Below are positions 10,781 to 21,903 of a stretch of 64,000 nucleotides of DNA, in pieces. A program made the position numbers and the translations under genes. Source of the stretch: Selaginella moellendorffii (lineage: Eukaryota; Plantae; Lycopodiophyta); contig NW_003314263.1 in NCBI RefSeq assembly GCF_000143415.4, forward strand, positions 2,010,749 to 2,074,748, written 5' to 3'. The notes beneath the pieces were generated by a model that worked only from the letters and a program-made list of their open reading frames with translations, was not told the DNA's origin and made no database searches. Each line of letters opens with the position of its first letter. Positions within the stretch are counted from its first letter, which is position 1.

Positions 10781-13463
10781 GGCTGAAATTATGTTGCAAT
10801 TTATATCATTTTAGTTGCAACAAAAAATCAATATCTATCACAATACTAATCCAAATTATTAATCACCTATTTTAAAGTCTTCCAAATCCATAGCCAGTAC
10901 TACTATTTATAGAAATTTTAACATTTCTCACTTTTTATTGTACTATTGAAGTTGTAACTTTGGTAATTATAACTATATTTCTCATAAATTTTTAAAAAAG
11001 AAAGTTTTTTAATATAAATATGTATCTAATAAGTAATTTAAAGGCTAATCTATTAAAAAAGTTATATCTAAACTTAAACATCTACAATTCCAAATTTCTA
11101 AATTTAGTATTGGAAGTTTCACAAGGAAAAACTTCTTTATCCTTAATATGATTTTAATTCATTTAGTTCTCTGTATCTTTGATTTGATAGAATTTCATCA
11201 ATGGTAAGCAAGGAAAAATATTAATTTTCCAAAACAATATTGACTCTTTTAGTAAAACTATAAATAAGCAAACCATGTTATTGCTACAATTGCATAACAA
11301 GCTTTTAATTGTTTTTAGAAGAGAAATATAAGATAAATTTATTATAAATTCCAACTGGGTGTAATGAATATTCTTAGAATATTCTAATATATTCTATAAT
11401 CAAGCATAAACTTTCTCTTGCTTGTAATCAATGTTTAATACTAATTTCTATATAAAACCTCTCAAAGTTTCTCTTGGTGGATGTAGGAAAAAATATTGAG
11501 ACCTGATTTAGCCATTATACTCTGTAAAAATGGGTGAAATTTTGATATGCTCTTTAAACTTTTGGTAAAAAAAAAATATTTCTTTATTGGAATAGCCCTT
11601 TTTAAAAAGAGCAATAAAATAAATTCTTTCAGAAAGGCTAGAATAGTCTCAATTGCATTATTGATTGGAATAAAATAAGCCTCTTGCCATTATATCTACT
11701 AGTGTCATTGGGCACTAATAAGAATTGATAATTATAGAAAAGCATGCCATATTTTAACTTTTTGGATTTATGTACTTTTACTTTGTTTATCCCTATGCAT
11801 CATGGGCTACTGGTAAAATATGTCATTCATCTAGGGCATAAATGTGAAGGGTGGGGTTTAACTTTCAAATGAAAGATGATTTTCAACTTTTCTTTCAATT
11901 GAAAGAAAATAAAATAAATTTACCCATTCTTGAGAAGTGTAAATATTTTTTTTTTTTAAATCTCAAAAAAGAAAAGAAATTAAAGCATAAATGCAAGAGA
12001 AAACAAAGGTGAAATAGGAATTGTTTAAAAATTCTTCACTTATCTTGATTGGTTTGTGCTCAATAGGCACTAAGCTATAGTGAACATTACTAAGTAGGCA
12101 CTACAAATGGTTATTGCTACAACAATAATCAGTTTTTGGATGGGGTCACACATTTCTTGACCCAATTAGCTTTTTAAGAAAAAGGGCATTAATAATCTTC
12201 TTGTTCGAAAGTTTGATCATTTAACTTTAAAGGCAAAAAAAAAAAGAGTATAAGACTTTGAATCTTTGAAGTAGCATATCTGGCTTTAGAGCACTCAGTA
12301 GAGTTTTGGCTTGTGTAGGTCATCATAAAGGTATCTTAACTAGAAGATGTAATTGGCAGTGATTTCCTCTTGCCTTCTCAGACTTCTTATACATTGTAAG
12401 GTTTGGTTTTATATAGAGTTTATAGAGCTTAATGGCTCTATGGGGTGATATGATTGAATTTCTGCTTAAAATAAAAATATCTTTATGCATGATTAACTTC
12501 TTAATTTCCCATTGCTGCTGCTGGAAGGTCATCTACGATGCTAGCTTTGTTTCTAGCCTCATCTTAATGGTACAATAATTAATCCAATAATATAAATGAG
12601 ATCAGTGGCAATTAAGGGTTCACAAAATGTTCAATGATTGTTTTCTTATTTCATTTTTTTCTAGCCCTTAAAAAAGTATTAAGCACTAGAGTAGGATACA
12701 AATGAACCTTCTTTAAAGTTATAATACTTTTAAATTTTATAAACTATAAAATCCCAAGAAAAAAACAAATTTTTTGCTAAGTGTAGCATTTTTTTTCATT
12801 TGAGAAAAGAGTTTAGTAGAATTGTTAAATAGAAATAATTGTTAGCATGAGCATCAATTCCAGATACTCAATTCCACTCACTCATCTCAAGCACGCCACA
12901 GGAAGCTCCAAAATGGAAGCTGGATGCTGTTCCACAAGGCTGTGGCAGAGAGCAGGAACCTGGAGACAATCAGCACTGCAAGACGTGCCTGGGACGAGCT
13001 CAAGGCAAACTGGACACCTGAGAACGTCTCTCAAGTTTTAGAATGTTCTCAGTCGGAGGTAGATTTTCCAATATTTGGCTCTTTACCGTTGTCTTTTTTT
13101 CAAGGACGACCAAAGTTTGACCCTCCTTGACCGTAAATTGTGATTATGCTTGACCAGCATTCGATGGCCTGGTCTTCAACACGTGATCAAGCTCGAATTA
13201 CAGTTGGCTGATGAACGCTATTTGGATTAATGAATAGAATGTTTGGCAGCTGGGCAAAGGGGATACAAGGTGACTAGAAATGCACGATTTAAACTTTTGC
13301 GTGGTTGGAAAGATCACACTAGACCTTCAAATGGCGGTTCTCCACTCTCCTTGGAATTTGGATCTGACAATGTATATATTGCTGGGACAACCAAGATTTC
13401 TCCGATCTATATGGGAGAGACGCAAGTCTAGCCAGCATTGAGTAGAATTTATTTTGTGGTGAC

Positions 13464-14977
13464 TAAAGATGTGATGTCTGATTGATGTAGACATCCTTTG
13501 GGAACCTTGGACTTGCCATGGCTTACAATGGGATCTTGAGCTGAATAGCACTGCGAAAAACATCTTCCATGGACGGCGTACAAAGCTCCAGTCGAATCCA
13601 TGGATAAGATTCGCCACGAGAAGCTCCACTGCTCGCAATCCCATGGCCATTCCTGGACACTTTCTATGGCCGGATCCAAACGGGAGGAGCTCAAAGTTTT
13701 GGCCTTTGACGTCGATGGGAATTGTGTGGGATTCTCCCATACTGCCGGATCCATTCCAATCGCCCATGAATTCACCAGGAGAGTGGTCCCTTTTGGAACG
13801 TGAAAGCCGCCAACGTTGGATGCTTGGCTTGAGATGTGCGGCATAATTATGGCACCCGGAGGATAGCGTCTCAATGTCTCCTTGAGCACGAGCTGGAGAT
13901 ATTCGAGCTTTGGGAGGTCCGACTCTTGCACTATCCGAGTATTGCCCACAACCCTGTCGAGCTCCTCGCGGAGCTTGGCCATGACTCGAGGATCGTGCAT
14001 CAATACAGCTATGAGCCACTCACTTGCAGTGCTGGTGGTATCAGTTCCACCAATTAACATCTCCTGCATTTGTCATAGAAATACCTGTTAGCAGCAATAT
14101 GGAAAAGTTTTGCACGGGTTACCATGAGGTTTGCCTTCACATATGTCTCCCCTTGTGTCCCTGCTCCAAAGAAGTCAAGCATGATATCAAGGAAGTCCTT
14201 GCATTTCCGTGTTGTCTCCTTGTGCTCGTCAACGATCTTTTGCAAGAACTTGTCTTGCTTGGCATGTTCGCTTGTACCGAGGGATCTGCCAGTCCAGCCA
14301 TCTCAGGTACCAGGGCACCAAGTTGCTAAGACAGGGATTGATGGTCAGCTCAAGAACATTGTCATTGAGCTCCTTGAATTCCATGGCATCGGCATCCACG
14401 TTTTCGTCACCAAAGTACCTCTTGCTCATCACAATTCGTGATGTGATGTTGAAGGCGAAAACACTGGCCACTTTTCTCACCTCCACAGGCTTGTCATTGC
14501 CATGAGCCTTCAAAATCCCCTCCAACGCACGCGAGAGCTCCTCCCTTCTGACCAAGAGAAAGAGTCGATACGCTGGGCCGTGAAGAGCTCCGTTGTACAC
14601 AGCTTGCGGGTGTTTCGCCATAGCTTTCCATGGGGACTACTTACAAGTCCAACAGAGCTATAACTGAAATACTCGCCGAAAACCATGTACGGCCTGGAAG
14701 CAAAATTTAGATCATGTGTGGTGAACACCTCCTTGGCAAGCTCTGGGCTGGAGATCACCACAGTTGGGATCATTCCCAGCCTCAAGGAAATAATAGGACC
14801 ATACTTGTTGGCCATGCGTTGCAATGCTTTGTGCGGGGGCATTCCCGCTAGCAAGTGTAAGTGGCCAATCAGGGGCAATCCCCATGGACTTGGTGGAAGA
14901 TTTGAACGAGCTTTCAAGAGCCACAAGCCCCAGAGAGCGATGAAAATTGCAAAGCTGACAGCAAGTGCTAGATCCAT
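13464..14977 (-). pseudogene. Cytochrome P450, CYP71 clan (A-type), frameshifted
   Basis: N-terminal anchor plus LPPSPWGLPLIGHLHLL; I-helix GGTDT; KETLR; heme motif [10 protein letters not shown]; one intron ~14067-14120. Frameshifts near 14555, 14275 and 13725 (PERF motif deleted). 3' end approximate. Confidence 0.9.
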
Positions 14978-15293
14978 TCGTGTGGTGTTTGGCCGATTAA
15001 GGCGACTGCTCTTATAGGAGAACTTCATCTGACATCAGGCAAGGCTCTTGTTTCGAAAAATTTCAAACTGTGAAAGCATCCGACCAAACCAAACGGCAAA
15101 GTCTTGCTGCTTGCATTGACCAAGCAATATGAAAGGACGGGTGCAAATGCATCCTGACTCGAGCTGGCACACATGCAGTGACTTGGTGGATGCCAGACGC
15201 CATCGCAAACCAGATTTCTGTCAGCCATTTCTACCATGCAGAGTCCTTCCAAGATCTCTGTGTGGTTCATGAGCTTTTGTGAGCAACCTAGAC

Positions 15294-17750
15294 CAGTGTT
15301 TGACAAACCCTTTCACCTTCCAAAGCAAAAATCTTCCTTGGAGTTTAACTTCCAAGTATTTTTCAAAATTCTCAGGATTAAATCTTCTAATCAAAATTTT
15401 CTTAGGTAAAAATCCTTTTATTAATTAAAAAAAGGTTAAATAAGCTTACAATTGCAAGAAAATTTGTCATAGTTCCAGTGGTCCATGACTTCATCAAAGT
15501 TAAACTTCTGAATTTTAGGACTTTCAGTTGAAATCCTTATGAGAGCATCAACTGTTTCAGTACTCATGTGATTTCTGTATTTCTTCTTGATCAAGTTTAT
15601 TCTACTGCACAACTTGCAATGCTAACACACTACACCATCCCAATTTCACCAACTCAAAGTAAATTTGGAAAGCTCTTTACCCAACTTGCTTGACTATGTA
15701 TGATGCTCCACATATCAATAAAATTCCATCTTTTCCATTCCTACAAGGCAAGTCAAATACTTTTCCATGAAGGCTAAAGGATCCACAATGCCTTTAACAA
15801 GAATTCCATCCACCTCTAAATGCTTTCATAAAATTCTACAAGCTCCCTTGCCTCTTTAATCCCAAATTGTTTGTTTTCCTTGACAAAGATTGGCAAATTA
15901 ACTAGAGTTAAAACCTACATCTTGGAGAGTATCTCTGTATCTTGCAGTTGTTTAATAGCTGAAATGAGAGTAGAAGTAAAGGAGATTTAAAACTGCATAG
16001 CTTCTTGAAAATCACTTCCATCTTCTGACCAGATCAACTATATAGTTTTGTAAGCATTTTTTTTAACTAAAACTCTCAAAGCATGAAGGAAGCCATCCTT
16101 ACTACCACTATCAAGGATGCATGTATTCATGGGATTATTGTTCAAATCAATCTCATCATTAATGTAATACTGGTTTAGCTTTATAATAGTCTATCAGCAC
16201 AAGGGTCCAACCATGGTGATGTTGATTAACTTCTCTTGGAATTTCTGATTGAGACTACTCATCACCTGTATAATATCAGCCAAAAAATCCAAAACATACA
16301 TGTTCTTGAGAGTTTTTAGCTTGTTGTAAAGTTGTAACTTGCCACTTTGTTTGAAAAGCTTAGCTATTGATTCCAAATATTTGCAAAGCTTAGAGAAAGC
16401 CCTTCCACAACTTAGCCACCTTGTATTTTGTATGTGCTACAGTTTAAGTTTGATATGATCATGTTCCATCTCAATTTTCATCAGTTTAGTCAACCTTTTT
16501 GAGCTTTTGCCGAAGTAAATTACTACCTTGTTTACTAATTTATCAATTTTCGTGCATTGTGGAGCACATTCTCCATTCTTGTAAGCATCTTCCATATATA
16601 AATTGGCTCAATGTGCTATATAGTGAACACTGCTTAAGAAAAGAAAATTAAATTGAATCATAAGTAAACTAATAAATTCAATTTAAGGAATACCATTCAT
16701 CCACCATCAATCCAAAATAAGGACTTTCCCTGACTTTTTGTAAGATATTTTAACTATAACCAAGCATATGAACCATGTTAGAATTAAATTAACATAGTCT
16801 CTTTAGAGTCTTTAAATTAACATAGTCTCTTAAATTAACATAGTCTCTTTAGAGTCTTTAAATTAACATAGTCTCTTTAGAGTCTTTAAATTAACATAGT
16901 CTCTTAAATTAACATAGTCTCTAAACATACCTCATAAATAGAAATTATCAGTTGTGAACAATCTTTGTCACTATCGTAATATCTTGGAATGTTTATCCCG
17001 TTAAATCAATGAAGTTCAATTAGCTCTAGAAAACAAGTAATAGAGGAAATCCTTTTGCAATATAATAAGCATAACGAAATAACATAAGCACCCCTTATTT
17101 AGTATGGTGTAGATGTTTAGTTGTAACTTTTGAAATTGATTGTTGCTTCCTACGGCGCACCTCCTTAACAAATACAGACTCTTTATGATCTTTAGAGCTA
17201 ACATGACTACATAAGGCACTCTTTCAAAAATTACTACTACCCTATTTACCAAAAATATTCTTAGTCCATGGATTTGCCTTGTAAATTTTGCAAAACATTG
17301 TGCTTTCAATTGCATCAAACTCTACTCTACTCCCAATGCTCCTTAAAATGCCTTGATAGTACATTATCATCCAGTTCCTCAATATCATCCTCAATCTCTA
17401 TTTGCGTGGTAGCCTTAAAAAAACTTAGAATTGATTGCTTCCTAGAAGCAAGATTAATAACTATGGGATGCTTCTTTTTACCTAGAGGTAGTTTTGGCAT
17501 TCTACCATGTTAACCTAAGCAGCATGACCAAGTTGGCTCTTAACTAGTATGTTTAACACTAAATTAAATGTATTTATAATTAATTAATTAATATGGGTTA
17601 ACAAAAAAATCCTTTTCTTATTAAAATACCCAACATCTTGATACATGATTTTTTTCCTGGGCCATAGATTCTCCATGGTTTGATCTGCCCGGGAGTTTTT
17701 GAAAAGTTCCAGGTTTTTATATGGGAGGATGAGGTGTTTGTCAACTGCTG
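15294..17750 (-). mobile_element. Degenerate hAT DNA transposon
   Basis: Imperfect TIRs CAGTGTTTGACAAAC / GTTTGTCAACTGCTG (12/15); 8 bp TSD ACCTAGAC/ACCAAGAC; minus-strand transposase remnants (TRWLS..., C-terminal dimerisation-like INLIKKKYRNHMSTETVDALIRI). Confidence 0.82.
16784..16921. repeat. Compound minisatellite inside the hAT element
   Basis: Six copies of 18-mer TTAAATTAACATAGTCTC and three of 10-mer TTTAGAGTCT in the order ABAABABAA. Confidence 0.9.
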
Positions 17751-18184
17751 ACCAAGACCATCTTACATTTCCTTTTCAATGTAGATAGGCAAAGGCCGGT
17801 GCTATGGTTGCCATGTGGAAGACTTTGTTTGTCTATTTCTATGGTGTCCTCTGAGTCTTTTGCAGAGTACATTGCAAAGCTGTGTCGGCGTCTATCTCAC
17901 AGTCGAGAGCATGGTTGATGAAACACTTGTTTTGTTTCAGAAACGTTTACTTCTTGGCCACGAGGACTCGTAAGATCAAGACGGAGCGTTACGTGCTCCA
18001 GTTTGGTAAAACAAGCCATATAAAGCTAAAGGCAAAGTCAAATCAAACCGTGATATACTTTTTTTTCTGGACTAGAATGTTTCTTTGCTTCTGGAAGATC
18101 AACCTGGAAGCTACCACATCTCTTCTTCTACAAAAGAAATAATATTTACCTCCTCAATTATCCGGGAGACCTACAAGCACGAGT

Positions 18185-18733
18185 ATGGCTAAACTCATCC
18201 AGATCCTTGTAGTGGTAGTTTTCTTTGCAGCAAGTTCTTGCGCGGCAACGGATTCTAGCAGGCACTTTGCAAAGTGCACTGAAGTTATCAGCTTCTACCT
18301 CCAAGATCTCTTCTTCCCAACGCCCGGGGTGAATGTCACCACGGCAATTGTTCTTCCAGGCACGAACAACGCCACCATGTTTGGAATGGTGGCCATCATC
18401 GATGACAAGCTGACAGAAGGCCCCTCGATCGACTCCAAGCTCGTGGGAAGAGCCAAAGGAATATTAGCATTCGATTCTATCAGCAACATCAGCCTCCTGG
18501 CAAGCATCACCCTGGAGCTCGAGGGGCGAGATGGGAACATCAATCTACTGGGTCAGAACCGCGCTCTGGATCCGCAGAGGGAGATTTCAATCGTGGGAGG
18601 AAGTGGAGAATTTAGATTTGTTCAAGGATTTGCAACATTGAGAACACATTCTCTCGAGCCTTACGGCGCCAAGATCTTTTGGCAGTTGCATGTGATCAAA
18701 CTGTGGGACTGCTTGTTCAACTCCCAGGTGTAG
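18185..18733 (+). CDS. Dirigent protein (secreted, intronless)
   Basis: Signal peptide; FYLQD, FGMVAIIDDKLTEGP..SKLVGRAKG and REISIVGGSGEFRFVQGFA dirigent motifs. Confidence 0.93.
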   Translation: MAKLIQILVVVVFFAASSCAATDSSRHFAKCTEVISFYLQDLFFPTPGVNVTTAIVLPGTNNATMFGMVAIIDDKLTEGPSIDSKLVGRAKGILAFDSISNISLLASITLELEGRDGNINLLGQNRALDPQREISIVGGSGEFRFVQGFATLRTHSLEPYGAKIFWQLHVIKLWDCLFNSQV

Positions 18734-20070
18734 AACCGAGATTTCCTGTCCTAAGAAGAATAAAAAGAGCACCATATGATTCTGCTTTGATAATTAACGT
18801 AACATCCTTTCGCTGGTGAACCATATTTGCTTATCTATTTTTGAATTAATGACAAGCCGGGCCTTCGGATCTCACCCATTGGCCAAAACTAACATCGGGA
18901 AATTTTTTCCCACTGGGCTTGGGATCCAATGGCCAGCAAGCCTCCCCTATTGTAGATGATCACAACCGTTGGATTAGATTCATATTCAAACAAATATTCT
19001 AATACGAATATACTACGAATAAAATCTGATTGAGTTATAAAAGCCGGGGATTGCATGTGTAGAGATTGTTGGCGCCCTAGGGAATGAGAGCGTCCCCTTT
19101 AGGGAACTGGACGCGTTGGCCTGCTTGCTCGCCTTCCCTGGTTTTGATCAAGTATCTTATAATCCAGTTTATGTGCTGTACTCAGACGTGAATCTAGGGC
19201 GTTGACCCAGCCCGCACTCCTTGACCATGTGACTTTTCCTTGTTCTTCTTGTAAATATGTCAAGGAGTGCTGCAAACAATACCCGGAAGGCCGGTTGCTT
19301 GCGACTGGCACAACAATTGTATTGTCTAGTTCTCACTGTCTCCGAATGCCACCGTCACACTGGCGTACTAAACACACATGCCAAGTCTTTTCTGCTGTAT
19401 CCACATGCTATAAGATTTCAGATTTAGGGTAACAATAGTTTACCATAGACCTGGCAAGACCTAGACAGTCGCGCAAATGGAGCCTCAGTTGTACAGTGTT
19501 CACGTTGACATCACGAAATCAGCGGCGATCATGTGAACCGCCGCTGATGCAACGAAGGACGTCAATGATTTGGCACGATATATTTTACGGCCTCGTTCAG
19601 AAATTCATCACCCGAATGCAGAGAAAAGCCCTAGAGATTCGCCTTCTTGATTCGATGCTGAATTCAACGCGGTCCCGATGTGGTTTCTTGGGAAACAACT
19701 TCGCGAGATCCGGCCCAGTTTTGTCCAATTCGGGTTTGGGCAGATGTTATTTTCCTTTAAATCTCAGCTAACAAAAACCTCTCTAATTCCATACTGGAGC
19801 TGAGCCTAGCCGCCATCACAGCCAGAACTGTAAGATCCACCCACACTCAACAACAATTGATGGCAGAGCTGGTCCAGTACGAGAAATTGCTGGTTGGTCG
19901 TGATGGCCAGGTTACCAGCGTTGTGATGGCGACTCAAGCATGCCGTTCAGTCTTTGATTGCCTGGGTTCCAAGAAGCAATCGTGACCTTGAGAGGGTGGT
20001 GGTGCAAAGGCGAGAAAGCTGAGCGTGGTGAGTGGCGCGAATTCAACTAGTGGCACTTGTCACAAGAAGG

Positions 20071-21066
20071 CATAGTTGCAGCTACGTTCAAACATTTAAA
20101 ACGTTTTTTTCAGGACAATCAAATGTTTACATGGTAAAGCCTAAAATGATTAAGAAAACACTAATATTTACTAAAGACACTTTAATCTGATATTAAGTTT
20201 ATAAAACCCAACTGAATAACATACTAAAACAAATGAGAGAAGAAGGCGCTTCTTGATATCAGACCAGCCATTCGTGACAATGGTACAACCATATGTCCTC
20301 CAACTTAGCCATACATCTTCAAGTCGCTTCTGAACATTGTTGTATATTCGTTGTAGCTTAGTTGTCCACAACTTCTCATATCCCATGAGGTTGTCAATCG
20401 CTGGACGCCCCACTTTTGCGGCAACTTTCAGCATTCTCTTCAAGTTGTCTCTTCGGATTGTGTTGAAGGAGATGTTCTCGGCAAAGAAGAATTCTACAAC
20501 AGCATCATCCAGTGCCTCAGCCGAAGCAGTATCAAAAAATGTCACCAAATTTCCATCTAAGGATCTACGTTTCACTGTTCTGCTTGTCCCAACACTGGAC
20601 CAGTTCTCCGTGCTTGCCACCATAGATTCTGCTGGCCCCCCTGAACCTTGTGTGGCTTGCTGCAGTAGATGCCCATCATCGGCATCTGCTGGGTCTGCTA
20701 GCTCGAAATCGGAAAAACTGCTGAGAGCTTTTTTAAGAACTTCATAAGGGATCTCCCTCATTGCCTTGCACGTTTTCACACCTCTTGCCCGAACTCCAGC
20801 AAGATGTGCTCGCACTCACTCCGCTCCCCCAGTGTGAATCTCATGACAATACTTACATGTCCAGTGCCACTCTGCTCGTATCACATGCTTCCAGCTCCAG
20901 CATTTGCAGCGTCCTCCAATTCCTGCCATGACTACATGAACCCTGAAGAAACCCTAAAGAAACCTTTGTCTCTTTTCGCAAATAGCGTTGGGAGTTTAGA
21001 ACGCCGTTTTTTAACACGTTTAAAACGTTACGTTTTTTTAGTTTCATATGTTTTCCGGCAACTATG
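20071..21066 (-). mobile_element. Internally deleted hAT element (BED finger plus DUF659-type transposase N-terminal half)
   Basis: TIRs CATAGTTGC/GCAACTATG; perfect 8 bp TSD CAAGAAGG (20063-20070, 21067-21074); WTCKYC..RVRAHLAG, FFFAENISFN, GCTIVTNGWSD motifs. Confidence 0.92.
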
Positions 21067-21649
21067 CAAGAAGGGACACTTAAGTTGAGACTGCCCTGTA
21101 AAACAACGAAAGGCAACAGTCCATGTAGCTGAGACACGCAGATCTTTTGATGGATGGTTTGCCCATAAAGTCCACCAAGATGCCACCGTGTGAGCCATGT
21201 CTTATGGGGAAGCAGCAGCGACATTCTTCTGTTCTGCGAGAAAGCAGGAATCAAGAGAGAAGTTACAGCCCCATATACTCCATAGATGAACGACAGTTGT
21301 GGAGCTTGAGACGATGGGAGCTTCAGCCTAGGACATTGAGAGATCAGAGGTATTCCCTGGTCCATCCTTGCTTTGTTTGGACAGGTGTTTCCTAACAGGG
21401 AAATCCTGAGAGGCAGCCATGGGACGATCCAGGAAGCAAGATTTTTGGACAGTGATATTCTTTTTCTAGATCTATGCAGCTCAACCTTTGGCACTTGGGC
21501 ACTCTGATATTTGTGGACCGTTTCAGGTCCAGACACGCCACAAAAAGAGGTACTTCCAGTCTTCCAGTGTACAAGCTTGAGGTTGAGAAGCAGCGTGATG
21601 AAACTATCAATGCTGAGATCTGATGGAGGTGGTAAATACACTTCCAGAG

Positions 21650-21903
21650 CCTGTCGCTAATTAGCATGTCGTCTATCTCTAACACTCGCCCTCGAGGTTC
21701 ACCGGTTGGGTCTTGATTGCCAGCATGAACATCGCCCCATCGCCCCATCGCCCTGGAACATGAACTCCATGCTTGAAGAAAGAAGTCCGTGGCAGCGGCT
21801 TGGTGAAGATATCTGCAATCTGCTCAGTAGTGGCCAGATACTGTAGAGCCAAAGTTCCTGCTATGATCTGCTCACGAATATAGTGGTAACGCACTTGAAT
21901 GTG
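21650..21903 (-). mobile_element. Inverted Copia 3' end fragment (RNase H C-terminus, PPT, LTR start)
   Basis: HIQVRYHYIREQI..QIADIFTKPL on the minus strand, then GAGGGCGAG followed by TGTTAGAG at 21684. Confidence 0.8.

Noticed and set aside
10781-12850. AT-rich tract, possibly a decayed DNA transposon
   Set aside because: No TIR/TSD pair or convincing transposase motif found by eye.
12847-13431. Short ORFs downstream of the P450 pseudogene
   Set aside because: No recognisable motifs or consistent splice model.
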